In this document: in pieces, positions 48,406 to 57,948 of the stretch
How positions within the stretch are numbered: the stretch's first letter is position 1
Layout of the letters: each line of letters opens with the position of its first letter
Assembly: GCA_035565055.1 (NCBI GenBank)
Contig: DATMTA010000007.1
Span: 19,349 to 83,348, forward strand
Source: Ensifer sp.
GTDB lineage: Bacteria; Pseudomonadota; Alphaproteobacteria; Rhizobiales; Rhizobiaceae
DNA length: 64,000 nucleotides
Reading direction: 5' to 3'
The notes under the pieces: generated by a model
What the model was told of the DNA's origin: nothing
What the model saw: only the letters and a program-made list of their open reading frames with translations
Databases searched by the model: none
Made by a program: the position numbers and the translations under genes

Positions 48406-50871
48406 TTGGCCGTAGATAACCTGCTGGCGAAGATGACACTCGAAGAGCAGGTTTCCCTGCTGTCGGGCGCCGATTTCTGGACGACAGTGCCGGTTCCGCG
48501 GCTGAAAATTCCGAAGATCAAGGTCACCGACGGACCCAACGGCGCACGCGGCGCCGGTTCGCTCGTCGGTGGCGTCAAGTCGGCCTGCTTTCCCTGCGCC
48601 ATCTCCATCGGCGCCAGCTTCGACCCTGCACTGGCGCGCGCCATCGGAAAGGCCCTTGCGGAAGAGGCGAAGTCGAAATCTGCGCGCGTCCTTCTTGCTC
48701 CGACCGTCAACATACACCGCTCCGGCCTCAATGGCCGCAACTTCGAGTGCTATTCCGAAGACCCGCATCTGACGTCCGAAATGGCCGTTGGCTATATCGA
48801 AGGCGTGCAGGGCGAGGGGATCGCCGCCACAATCAAGCACTTCGTCGGCAACGAATCGGAAATCGAGCGTTTCACAATGTCCTCCGACATCGGCGAACGG
48901 GCGCTGCGCGAACTTTATCTGCCGCCCTTCGAGGCGGCGGTGAAGCGCGCCGGCGTTCGCGCCATCATGTCCTCCTACAATCGCCTCAACGGCACCTTCA
49001 CCAGCGAGCACCAGTGGCTGCTGACGCAGGTCCTTCGTGTCGAGTGGGGCTTCGACGGGATCGTGATGTCCGACTGGTTCGGCTCGCATTCGACCGTCGC
49101 CTCGGTTGCCGCCGGCCTCGATCTCGAAATGCCGGGTCCGACGCGTGATCGCGGCGAAAAGCTGGTGGCAGCTGTCAAGAGCGGCGAAATTGACGCCGCC
49201 AAGATTGCGGAGTCGGCTCACCGTATCCTCGACCTGATCCGCTGGACCGGCGCCTTTAGCGATCCGGACATGCGCGAAGAAGTCGCCGAGGACCGGCCTG
49301 AGCACCGCGCGCTCATCCGCCGCGCAGGCGCCGAGGGGACGGTGCTTCTCAAGAACAATGGTGTCCTGCCGCTGAACAAGTCGGAGACGGGCTCGCTCGC
49401 CGTCCTCGGTCCGAACGCCGCTGAAGCGCGCATCATGGGCGGCGGCTCGGCGCAGATCAACGCGCATTATTCGGTCGCCCCGCTGGAAGGCATCAAGAAG
49501 GCGCTGGCAGGCTCCAACGCGATCTTCCATGTGAAGGGTGTCGCCAACAATCGTCTGGTCAAGCTGCATCGCGGTCCTGTCCATATCGACTATTTCAACT
49601 CGACCGACCTTTCGGGCGCTCCGGTTTTCGCCGAGGACATCGACATGTCCGAACGCTTCTGGATGGACCCGATCAGCAAGACCTTCGACATCAACGCCTT
49701 CTCGGCCCGCATCGTCTTCACCTATACGCCGGAGGCCGACGGCGAATATGTGTTCGGACTCGTTTCCGCCGGACGCTCGCGGCTGAAGGTCGGTGGCCAG
49801 CAGGTCATCGAGAATTGGGACAACTGGACACGCGGTGCGAACTATTTCACTGCGGGTAATGACGAGGTTCGAAACGGCGTCACGCTACAGGCCGGTGTGC
49901 CGGTGCAGGTTCTTGCCGAGTTCCGTTCGCCCATTGCTGGCGATGGCGGTCTGCATCTCAATGCCGTCCGCATTGGCGTCGAACTCCCGCTTGGCGATGC
50001 CGAATTTGAGGAGGCGGTGAAGAAGGCCGAGGCCTGCGACGTCGCCATCATTTTCGCCGGTCGCGAAGGCGAGTGGGATACGGAAGGCAATGATTTGCCG
50101 GATATGCGCCTGCCGGGTCGCCAGAACGAATTGATTGCTCGGGTCGCCGCCGTCAACCAGAAGACCATTGTCGTGCTGCAGACCGGCGGCCCGGTCGAGA
50201 TGCCGTGGATCGACGATGTCGCTGCCGTCCTGCAGAGCTGGTATCCGGGGCAGGAAGCCGGCAACGCGATTGCCGACGTGCTGTTCGGCTTTGCCGAGCC
50301 GGGTGGCCGACTGCCGCAGACCTTCCCGCTGAAGCTGGAGGATAATTCCGCCATCACCGGCGATCAGCTTGTTTATCCTGGCAAGGATGGCCATGTCGAA
50401 TATCGCGAGGGCGTCTTCGTCGGCTATCGCCACCACGACACGCGCAAGATCGGGACACTCTTCCCCTTCGGTCACGGCCTGTCCTACACGACCTTCGCCT
50501 GGGGCCGCCCGAAGATCAGCGGCGAGGCGATCGGCAAGGATGGTCTCAAGGTGACACTGAACGTCACGAATACGGGCAAGCGGGCAGGGGCCGATGTCGT
50601 GCAGCTTTATGTGCGTCCGGTCGCGCCGAAGGTCGAGCGTCCCGACAAGGAACTGCGCGCCTTCCGCAAGATCAGGCTGACGGCGGGCGAGGCGAAGCAG
50701 ATCGATCTCTGCATCACGCTCCGAGACCTCTGCCGCTTCGACGAAGAAGCGCGCTGTTTTATCGCCGACGCCGGCGAATACGAGGCCGTGATCGCCGCGA
50801 GCGCCGAGGATATTCGCCATACCTGCCGCTTCCGTCTTGATGAGGACTGGCAGCTCTCTGTGGCCGGCTGA
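48406..50871 (+). CDS. GH3 beta-glucosidase with PA14 insert, Agrobacterium Cbg1-like
   Basis: MTLEEQVSLLSGADFWTT, TDGPNGARG, NGRNFECYSEDP, nucleophile MSDWFG, GREGEWDTEG; TTG with GGGAGG RBS; close resemblance to Cbg1 from memory. Confidence 0.9.
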   Translation: MAVDNLLAKMTLEEQVSLLSGADFWTTVPVPRLKIPKIKVTDGPNGARGAGSLVGGVKSACFPCAISIGASFDPALARAIGKALAEEAKSKSARVLLAPTVNIHRSGLNGRNFECYSEDPHLTSEMAVGYIEGVQGEGIAATIKHFVGNESEIERFTMSSDIGERALRELYLPPFEAAVKRAGVRAIMSSYNRLNGTFTSEHQWLLTQVLRVEWGFDGIVMSDWFGSHSTVASVAAGLDLEMPGPTRDRGEKLVAAVKSGEIDAAKIAESAHRILDLIRWTGAFSDPDMREEVAEDRPEHRALIRRAGAEGTVLLKNNGVLPLNKSETGSLAVLGPNAAEARIMGGGSAQINAHYSVAPLEGIKKALAGSNAIFHVKGVANNRLVKLHRGPVHIDYFNSTDLSGAPVFAEDIDMSERFWMDPISKTFDINAFSARIVFTYTPEADGEYVFGLVSAGRSRLKVGGQQVIENWDNWTRGANYFTAGNDEVRNGVTLQAGVPVQVLAEFRSPIAGDGGLHLNAVRIGVELPLGDAEFEEAVKKAEACDVAIIFAGREGEWDTEGNDLPDMRLPGRQNELIARVAAVNQKTIVVLQTGGPVEMPWIDDVAAVLQSWYPGQEAGNAIADVLFGFAEPGGRLPQTFPLKLEDNSAITGDQLVYPGKDGHVEYREGVFVGYRHHDTRKIGTLFPFGHGLSYTTFAWGRPKISGEAIGKDGLKVTLNVTNTGKRAGADVVQLYVRPVAPKVERPDKELRAFRKIRLTAGEAKQIDLCITLRDLCRFDEEARCFIADAGEYEAVIAASAEDIRHTCRFRLDEDWQLSVAG

Positions 50872-50883
50872 GCGAAAACCCGC

Positions 50884-51363
50884 TCAACCCTTCCGGCAGC
50901 TGGCCTTGAGCTTTTTCAGGGCCGCTGTCGCGCCGCTGAGCGGAAATCGGGACTCGGCAATTCCGGCCTTGGATGAGGCGAAGGAGATTGTGCCCGCGTC
51001 GGCTTTGCCCAGCGCTTCGGCCAACTTGTCCTGGAAAGTAACCTCCGCGCCCATGAGACCGTCCATGGCCCAATAGGTCATGTCGCGGTCGAAGCTCTCC
51101 ATGCCGACCTTGATCGAGAAGGGGCCCACGAAATCGGGATTGTCACCGGGCGGTGCGAAATTCTCCGACGGTGCAAAAGCCAGCATCAGCACGCCCGGCG
51201 CGCCGCACTCGATTGTCAGTTCGCCACCAGCCGCGTTGCACATGCGCGCCACCATGCGGCTGCCGCCTTCGCCTTCCTCCATCGAGGCTTTCCACTTGCT
51301 GCAGTCGGCGGCCTGCGCGCCTGCCGAGATGAGGAGGAGTATGCTTGCCAGGATCAGTCTCAT
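50884..51363 (-). CDS. Secreted hypothetical protein
   Basis: MRLILASILLLISAGAQA signal peptide; four Cys; GGAG RBS. Confidence 0.7.
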   Translation of the reverse strand: MRLILASILLLISAGAQAADCSKWKASMEEGEGGSRMVARMCNAAGGELTIECGAPGVLMLAFAPSENFAPPGDNPDFVGPFSIKVGMESFDRDMTYWAMDGLMGAEVTFQDKLAEALGKADAGTISFASSKAGIAESRFPLSGATAALKKLKASCRKG

Positions 51364-51528
51364 CGCTATCTCCATCCGGTGACAGAAAGGTATCATTTAC
51401 CATTCGTTGCTAGCCTTCCTTACATGGCGCCAGCACATGCAAGTGAGCTTATGCGCCGCGATTTATGCTCGCAATAACCTCGGTAACAGACATCGGCGGC
51501 GTGTTGCGATCCCGCGTCTGGAAGAGAG

Positions 51529-52701
51529 ATGAGTATGGTGTTCTCGACTTCTTCGGCGCGGAATGCGTCTTCGGCAGCGCTTGCCTGTCTGCTCCTGTCG
51601 GGTTGCTATGACCCCGATCCGATGTCCGTTGCCGATATCGGCCCTCGCAGCAAGACGCACGCCGTTCCTTTAGCGCCCGTCAAGTCCAGCGCGCGGACCG
51701 TCAACTATCCCATCCTGGAAGGCCCGGTCGGTCGGATCGAGCGCAGCCAGCAGGTGGCAAGCCTTGACGCGGCTCCGGCGGATCCGCCCGACATGGCTCC
51801 GTCAGAGCCGCCTCGGACGGCTGACGAGGTGCAGACGACGCCGCAGGTCGCCACAACGGCGACGGACAAGAAGGCCGAGGAGGTCGACATGGACAAGCTC
51901 TTCGGCTTTTCCGGTCAGCCGGCACAGAAGGGCCAGGCGCCCCAGATCGTTGAAGGGGACGTTGACGCACCCGTCGTTGACGGCATCGGGACGGACAACC
52001 TGCGCGAGGTCTCCAAACGCCGCGGAATCCCGGTCGAAAACGCCGTTGCCAAACCCGACGAAACTCCAGTCGACGTCCAGGAAAAGAAGGTCGCCTATAT
52101 CCCGCGTTTCAACAATCCGATGTCGGTTCCCGAAAGTCAGGGCGGAATGCCCGCTTCCGAAAAGAGCTGTCGCCTGACGCTGCAAAAGCTCGGCGTCTCC
52201 TACACCGATATTCCCTCCATTCATGATGGCCCGAGTTGCGGCATCGACTATCCAGTCCACGTGCAGGCGATCAACGGCGTTCGCATCCTGCCGGCCGCGA
52301 AGCTGAATTGCGGCATGGCGGTGACGTTCGCGCGCTGGGTCAAGGACGACCTCGTGCCGACCGCTCGCATCCGCTACTTCTCCGGGGTCAACACGATCCG
52401 CCAGATGTCATCCTATGCCTGCCGTCCGATGAATTCGAAGCGTGGCAATCCATGGTCGGAACATGCAAGGGGCAACGCCATCGATGTCGGCCAGATCATT
52501 CTCAACAACGGCGAGGGGATCGATGTCCGCAAACCTGGCTTCTTCTCGTTCCGGCAAAAGGGTCTGCTGAACTCGGTTCGCGCCGATTCCTGCAAATACT
52601 TCAACACGGTGCTTGGTCCCGGCGACCCCTACCACGGCGATCACTTTCACTTCGACCTGCGGAGCCGCAAATCAGGCCGCCGCTACTGCAGCCTCGACTG
52701 A
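51529..52701 (+). CDS. Extensin-like C-terminal domain lipoprotein (putative Zn peptidase fold)
   Basis: Lipobox LSGC, Pro/acidic linker, SSYACR, SEHARGNAIDV, HGDHFHFD. Confidence 0.85.
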   Translation: MSMVFSTSSARNASSAALACLLLSGCYDPDPMSVADIGPRSKTHAVPLAPVKSSARTVNYPILEGPVGRIERSQQVASLDAAPADPPDMAPSEPPRTADEVQTTPQVATTATDKKAEEVDMDKLFGFSGQPAQKGQAPQIVEGDVDAPVVDGIGTDNLREVSKRRGIPVENAVAKPDETPVDVQEKKVAYIPRFNNPMSVPESQGGMPASEKSCRLTLQKLGVSYTDIPSIHDGPSCGIDYPVHVQAINGVRILPAAKLNCGMAVTFARWVKDDLVPTARIRYFSGVNTIRQMSSYACRPMNSKRGNPWSEHARGNAIDVGQIILNNGEGIDVRKPGFFSFRQKGLLNSVRADSCKYFNTVLGPGDPYHGDHFHFDLRSRKSGRRYCSLD

Positions 52702-52715
52702 GGGAAAAATCGGAC

Positions 52716-52840
52716 AAAAAAAGAGGCCGGAAGACCGGCCTCGAAAGGGTGCCGTGACGATGGGGGCGTCAAAGCTTGCAAACGCCATTCCGGAGCGGGA
52801 CCGGAAGCAAAATCGAGAGCGTCTGCAAGGTTTTCATAGT
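52716..52840 (-). ncRNA. Candidate ~125-nt structured small RNA with own terminator
   Basis: 11-bp stem CTTGCAGACGC/GCGTTTGCAAG enclosing TTCCGG-TCCCGCT-CCGGAA; terminator GAGGCCGG-TCTT-CCGGCCTC-T7; upstream CTTGAG-N17-AGCATT. Confidence 0.45.
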
Positions 52841-52928
52841 GGCTCAATGCTGCATTTGCATGACATGGCTCAAGACCTGTCGGCGCTCCCGGAAATTCCG
52901 CCGATCCTCCTGTGGAAAACCTCGATGA

Positions 52929-53630
52929 TCAGTCCATCAGCCGCATTTCGTTCGGCTGGATCTGAACCGCTGAGAGCGAAGACAGGAAATTCATGCCCAG
53001 AAGGCTCGTATCGAGGCGGCCCTCCTGCGCGACTGCCGCTGCGACATTCTTCCGCACGATCGGCCCGACAGCGAGCTCGGGTATTGTCACGGGCGCGGCC
53101 TGTCCTGTGCCATTTGCCGTCGTCACCGGCATCGAGAACTTCAATGTCTCCGGTTTCAGTCCGGCCCGTCGGGCATCATCGTAGGTCAGCGTGACCTGGC
53201 TGGCGCCCGTATCGATCAACATGCCGACACGTTGTCCGTCGACATGGGCGTTCACCGCAAAGTGACCGGCCTGCGTTCTGCGGATGACGACCTCATTCTG
53301 GCCATTGATCCCCGTCAGCACGACGGAATGTCCGGGCATCAACTCGGCCAGCACCCGCCTGCCGACATGTCTGGCCTCGTCCTGGTAGACATAGGCGGCC
53401 ACGCTGACGAGCGCGACGACGGCCCAGATGGCGAGATAGGTGAGGTTACGGCGAAGCCTGCCGCGCGAGGCCAAGGCGCCGGAGCCGATCATGATGGCGA
53501 TCGGAAGCAGATAGATGAAATGCCCGAAATCGTCGTTTGACAGCCCGAGGGTCTGGCCGCTGTCATGATTGATGAGAAGCAGCGCGAGACCCAGGCCCAG
53601 GATCGCAAAGACGACGGCGAGCATTCTCAT
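52929..53630 (-). CDS. TIGR02281-type clan AA aspartic protease
   Basis: N-terminal TMs, GHFAV, LIDTGAS, SLLGMNFL. Confidence 0.9.
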   Translation of the reverse strand: MRMLAVVFAILGLGLALLLINHDSGQTLGLSNDDFGHFIYLLPIAIMIGSGALASRGRLRRNLTYLAIWAVVALVSVAAYVYQDEARHVGRRVLAELMPGHSVVLTGINGQNEVVIRRTQAGHFAVNAHVDGQRVGMLIDTGASQVTLTYDDARRAGLKPETLKFSMPVTTANGTGQAAPVTIPELAVGPIVRKNVAAAVAQEGRLDTSLLGMNFLSSLSAVQIQPNEMRLMD

Positions 53631-53848
53631 GAGGAGGATCCGCGCTCCGCCATCATTCGCCGCCGCGTGACGCGGCGGGGCTTGCGTTCCACTGTCTCCA
53701 GCCGGGCTGGCAGGAGCTCCATCAGCGCGCGCCGTTCGCCATCCGTCATCTCGATCCAGCCGGCAATTTCCGCGCGTGTCCGACCACAGCCGAAACAGTA
53801 TCCGGTCTTGTCGTCAATCGAGCAAACGAGAATGCAGGGGGATTCCAT
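53627..53848 (-). CDS. DUF1289 family Fe-S/Cys protein
   Basis: MESPCILVCSID..TGYCFGCGRTRAEIAGW; ATGA overlap with the protease gene. Confidence 0.88.
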   Translation of the reverse strand: MESPCILVCSIDDKTGYCFGCGRTRAEIAGWIEMTDGERRALMELLPARLETVERKPRRVTRRRMMAERGSSS

Positions 53849-53889
53849 GGTATGGGTCTTCGATTTCAGTTGGTTCTCATATCGGCAGA

Positions 53890-54672
53890 TCAGGCGGCGA
53901 CTGCAAGGGCAACATAAAGCGCGATTTCGCACACCTGTTCGGTTGCTCCCAGCGTGTCTCCCGTATGTCCCTGAATTTTGCCATGAACAAGGCGCGTGAA
54001 AAGTGCGACTGCGAGCCCGGCAGCAAGTGCGGCCGCAACCGCGCTGACCGCGCCGAACCCCGGCAGGATCGTGAAGGCATAGAGCAAACCGCCACTGATG
54101 AGGGCGGCCCCAAGGGCTGTGCAATCCGGTTGTCCTACGGCCGCAGCGACCCCGTCGGTGCGGGCGGGCACAAGCCTGAACCAGTGCCAGACAAGGGCGG
54201 CACGGGAGGCCGCATTGACGCCGAGCATCGAAAGGGCCGCTGGGAGCGGACCCAGACCCGAAAGGGCGGCCAGCGCCTCCAATCTTAACCCCAGCGACAG
54301 CACGAGCGCCAGTCCGCCATAGGCTCCGAGCCGACTGTCCTTCATGATTTCGAGAATACGCTCGCGCGTTCTTCCGCCGCCAAGCCCGTCGGCGCAATCG
54401 GCGAGCCCGTCTTCGTGCAGCCCGCCTGTCAGGAAAATCTGCAGCGCCAGCGCGAGAAGTGCGGCAAGTTCGGGTTTCACCCCGAAATGCAGAAGCAGAC
54501 CGATCAGCAAGGCCGGGGGCAGGGCGATGACTGCGCCGGCGAGCGCGAAGGCGCCACTTGTCCGCCGCATCGAACCGTCATGGCCGGCAAAGAAGCGGGC
54601 AGGCATGGGCAGGCGACTCAGGAAGCCAAGCGCCCGCGCAATCTCGCTGACAAGTTCGTCCAGCCGCACCAT
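53890..54672 (-). CDS. cobS: Adenosylcobinamide-GDP ribazoletransferase (cobalamin synthase)
   Basis: FLSRLP, TGGLHEDGLADCADG, MKDSRLGAYG, GHTGDTLGA. Confidence 0.95.
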   Translation of the reverse strand: MVRLDELVSEIARALGFLSRLPMPARFFAGHDGSMRRTSGAFALAGAVIALPPALLIGLLLHFGVKPELAALLALALQIFLTGGLHEDGLADCADGLGGGRTRERILEIMKDSRLGAYGGLALVLSLGLRLEALAALSGLGPLPAALSMLGVNAASRAALVWHWFRLVPARTDGVAAAVGQPDCTALGAALISGGLLYAFTILPGFGAVSAVAAALAAGLAVALFTRLVHGKIQGHTGDTLGATEQVCEIALYVALAVAA

Positions 54673-54806
54673 GGTGGCACACTCCCCAAAATCCCTCGGA
54701 TCAGCGACGGAACACGTCGCTTTTGCCGTTGCCTCAAGGCAGCCGGACCAATATGAAAGCCGCATCAATGCCTGCCTCCAACGGAAATGACAAGGATACT
54801 GGGTCC

Positions 54807-55823
54807 ATGAGCGTGAGTGGATTACCGTTCGACGATTTTCGCGAACTTCTCAACAACCTTCCTGGCCCCGATGTCCGCGCGCTGGAAGCGGCACGCAAGC
54901 GCGACGCGCAGCTGACCAAGCCGCCGGGCGCGCTCGGACGCCTGGAGGAAATCGCGTTCTGGCTGGCCGCCTGGTCGGGCCGCTCGCCGCAGGTCACGCG
55001 TCCGCTGGTCGCCATCTTCGCCGGTAACCATGGCGTGACGCGCCAGGGCGTCTCCCCCTATCCGCCGGAAGTGACCGAGCAGATGGTGGCGAACTTCACC
55101 GCCGGCGGCGCTGCGATCAACCAGATCTGCGTGACCTACGATCTTGGCCTCAAGGTCTTCGACCTCGCGCTGCAGATCCCGACCGGCGACATCACGCAGG
55201 AAGCCGCGCTCTCCGAGCGCGACTGCGCTGCTACCATGGCCTTCGGCATGGAAGGAATTGCCGGCGGAACGGACCTGCTGTGCATCGGCGAAATGGGGAT
55301 CGGCAACACGACCATCGCGGCGGCGATCTTCTACGCGCTCTACGGTGGCAAGGCCGAAGACTGGGTGGGCCCCGGCACCGGTGCTTCGGGCGAAGGATTG
55401 CAGCGCAAGATCGACGCTGTGGAAAAGGCGATTGCGCTTCACAAGGATCATCTGAACGACCCGCTCGAAGTCCTGCGTCGCGTCGGCGGCCGCGAAATCG
55501 CCGCCATGGCCGGCGCGATCCTGGCAGCCCGTGTCCAGAAGATTCCGGTGCTGATCGACGGATATGTCGCCACCTCTGCCGCGGCCATTCTGAAGGCCGC
55601 CAATCCGACGGCCATCGACCATTGCCTCATCGGTCATGTCTCGGCCGAACCCGGCCATCTGCGCGCTATCGAACGTCTGGGCAAGACGCCGCTTCTGGCG
55701 CTTGGAATGCGGCTCGGCGAAGGCACTGGCGCGGCGCTCGCGGCAGGTATTGTCAAGGCCGCTGCCGCCTGCCACTCTGGCATGGCAACCTTCGAAGGTG
55801 CAGGCGTATCCAACAAGGGTTGA
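54807..55823 (+). CDS. cobT: Nicotinate-nucleotide-dimethylbenzimidazole phosphoribosyltransferase
   Basis: LTKPPGALGRLE, FAGNHGV, GEMGIGNTT, MRLGEGTGA. Confidence 0.96.
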   Translation: MSVSGLPFDDFRELLNNLPGPDVRALEAARKRDAQLTKPPGALGRLEEIAFWLAAWSGRSPQVTRPLVAIFAGNHGVTRQGVSPYPPEVTEQMVANFTAGGAAINQICVTYDLGLKVFDLALQIPTGDITQEAALSERDCAATMAFGMEGIAGGTDLLCIGEMGIGNTTIAAAIFYALYGGKAEDWVGPGTGASGEGLQRKIDAVEKAIALHKDHLNDPLEVLRRVGGREIAAMAGAILAARVQKIPVLIDGYVATSAAAILKAANPTAIDHCLIGHVSAEPGHLRAIERLGKTPLLALGMRLGEGTGAALAAGIVKAAAACHSGMATFEGAGVSNKG

Positions 55824-55826
55824 TAC

Positions 55827-56216
55827 ATGCACGGGACCGGCAAGCCGCCATTTACGAAAGAGACGGGTTTCCGCCATTTCGTCTCGGCGGCGCGCTATTC
55901 CTGGCAGGGCTTCCTTCGCCTCCTGCACGAAGCGGCCTTTCGCCAGCAGCTTGGCGGTTTCGTCCTCGGGACCGTTCTGCTGATCGCAATCGGCGCGGAA
56001 TTTGAGCGGATTTTCATTTTCGCAGGCCTGATGGTCGTGCTCTTCGCCTTCGAAGCGGTCAATACCGCAATCGAGGAGCTCGTTGATCACCTATCGCCGG
56101 AGTTCTCGATGTTTGGCAGACATGCGAAGGATCTTGGATCGCTCGCCTGCGCCTGCCTGATCGGCCTGAATGCTGCCTATCTTGCCTATGTGGTGGCGGA
56201 GGCCTGGCTCCGGTAA
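55827..56216 (+). CDS. dgkA: Diacylglycerol kinase
   Basis: AARYSWQG, EAAFRQQ, EAVNTAIEELVD, AKDLGS. Confidence 0.9.
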   Translation: MHGTGKPPFTKETGFRHFVSAARYSWQGFLRLLHEAAFRQQLGGFVLGTVLLIAIGAEFERIFIFAGLMVVLFAFEAVNTAIEELVDHLSPEFSMFGRHAKDLGSLACACLIGLNAAYLAYVVAEAWLR

Positions 56217-56227
56217 CGCGGCAGGAA

Positions 56228-57778
56228 TCAGGCGAAAGAACGCCGACGCTTCTCGTTCGAATGGGCTTCCGGAATCGGCGCAACCGTTTGCAGCACCCGC
56301 TTCGGCGGCATGATGGCGATGACCTCGGTGCCTTCCCTCAGCTTTGAGCGGAGAAGGAATTCACCATTGTGCTTGGCGAGAATTGCCTGAACGATCGGCA
56401 AGCCGAGTCCGGTCCCCTGTTCAGCACTCTTGATGGCGATCGAGCCCTGTCCGAAGGCCGACAGAACAATGGGTATTTCGTCCTCGGGGATGCCAGGACC
56501 GTTGTCGCGGATCGAAACATATTGTCCGCCGCCGGCAGTCCAGCCCAGCTTGACGGCAACCTCGCCGCCCTGCGGCGTGAACTTCACGGCGTTCGACAGA
56601 AGATTAAGCACCACTTGCCGCATCGACTTCTCGTCGGCCCAGACTGGCGGCAGCCCGGGTTCGAACTGTTCGGTGATGCGGATATTCTTCGAGCGCGCCC
56701 GAAGCTGCACCATACCGATGCAGTCTTCGGTGATTTCCTCGAGCTTGACCGATTCCTCGTGCAGCTCGTAGCGACCGGCCTCGATGCGGGACAGGTCGAG
56801 AATTTCGTTGATGAGGTTGAGCAGGTGCTGTCCGGATCGGTGAATGTCGCCGACATACTCCTTGTATGTGGCGTTTGTCATCGGTCCGAGAACCTCGTTT
56901 TCCATCACTTCCGAAAAGCCGAGAATCGCATTCAGCGGGGTCCTGAGCTCGTGCGACATGGAGGCGAGGAAGCGCGACTTGGCAAGGTTCGCCTCCTCGG
57001 CGCGGCGACGAGCCTCATCGGATATGGAGTTGGCGACTTCCAGCTCGGCGATCAGGTTGTCCTTTTCCGACTGGTAGGAGAGGAGCTGGATACTGGTGCG
57101 CCGGAGGCGGCCTGTGAAAAAGATGAAGAAGATCATGGCGGCCGTGAACATCGCGATCAGCCCGATCTCCATGGGCTGGCGGTCGCGCCAGTAGAGGTAG
57201 ACGATGGCTGCAACGGTCGGGATGAAGGTAACGAGAACCGCGCCGTTCAGCATCGAGGTGGTGAGCGCGGTGGCGCTGAGCACGATCAGAAGAGCGGCGC
57301 CCTTGAAGGTGAGGTAGGAACCCAGATCGCAACTGGCGCAGCTCTGGCTGGCGAAAAGGGCCCAGCAGAAGCCAATGACCAGTTGCAGGCCAAGCAGCCG
57401 GCGTATCCAGCGTCCGGCGTTCTCGTCCTTGATGAACTGCCGTTGCCGGATCTGCTGGAGCGCGAAAACGTGAATGGCGTGAAGGATCAGCGTCGTCAAG
57501 GTCCAGACGAGCGTATATTGCCCCATATTGAAGGCAAGGCTGAATGCACCGATGCCGCAGGCCAGGATCGGGACGGCGGCAGCGCTGTCCAGGCTGGCGT
57601 CGATAAAGAGGGTCAATGTTTCGCGCTGGAACTGAGGCGTAGCTGCGTCGCCGTTCTGCAGCTTGGCGCGGGTTTCCTTCAGCGTCCGGCTCAGCCCCGC
57701 ATTGTGTCGCGTCTTGGACAAGTCCACGACGTTTTTGTCCGGAGATGTGCTGACGCGTTCGGGCATGGACTGATACAA
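56228..57778 (-). CDS. Membrane-bound sensor histidine kinase, PleC/DivJ (PdhS2-like) family
   Basis: 5-6 TMs, AEEANLAKSRFLASMSHELRTPLNAILGFSE, NLLSNAVKFT, DNGPGI, GTGLGL. Confidence 0.85.
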   Translation of the reverse strand: MYQSMPERVSTSPDKNVVDLSKTRHNAGLSRTLKETRAKLQNGDAATPQFQRETLTLFIDASLDSAAAVPILACGIGAFSLAFNMGQYTLVWTLTTLILHAIHVFALQQIRQRQFIKDENAGRWIRRLLGLQLVIGFCWALFASQSCASCDLGSYLTFKGAALLIVLSATALTTSMLNGAVLVTFIPTVAAIVYLYWRDRQPMEIGLIAMFTAAMIFFIFFTGRLRRTSIQLLSYQSEKDNLIAELEVANSISDEARRRAEEANLAKSRFLASMSHELRTPLNAILGFSEVMENEVLGPMTNATYKEYVGDIHRSGQHLLNLINEILDLSRIEAGRYELHEESVKLEEITEDCIGMVQLRARSKNIRITEQFEPGLPPVWADEKSMRQVVLNLLSNAVKFTPQGGEVAVKLGWTAGGGQYVSIRDNGPGIPEDEIPIVLSAFGQGSIAIKSAEQGTGLGLPIVQAILAKHNGEFLLRSKLREGTEVIAIMPPKRVLQTVAPIPEAHSNEKRRRSFA

Positions 57779-57948
57779 CTTCAGACGCAGAAACGATGAC
57801 CAAATTCTAACTTTAAAGAGTTAAGAAGTTGCTTCTGGAAAGGATTCATTTGCCATTTTGGCGGGGTGCCGGAACCCGCCTGATTAGCGCCGCATTTTGG
57901 GTGATGGCAGGGGATGGATGAGGATTTATCCAAGGGAGAGGGTGGCAA

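Noticed and set aside
54673-54806. Cobalamin riboswitch at cobS/cobT
   Set aside because: Gap only ~134 nt with no B12-box
57807-57824. Full CtrA box upstream of the kinase
   Set aside because: TTAA elements are spaced N4, not N7
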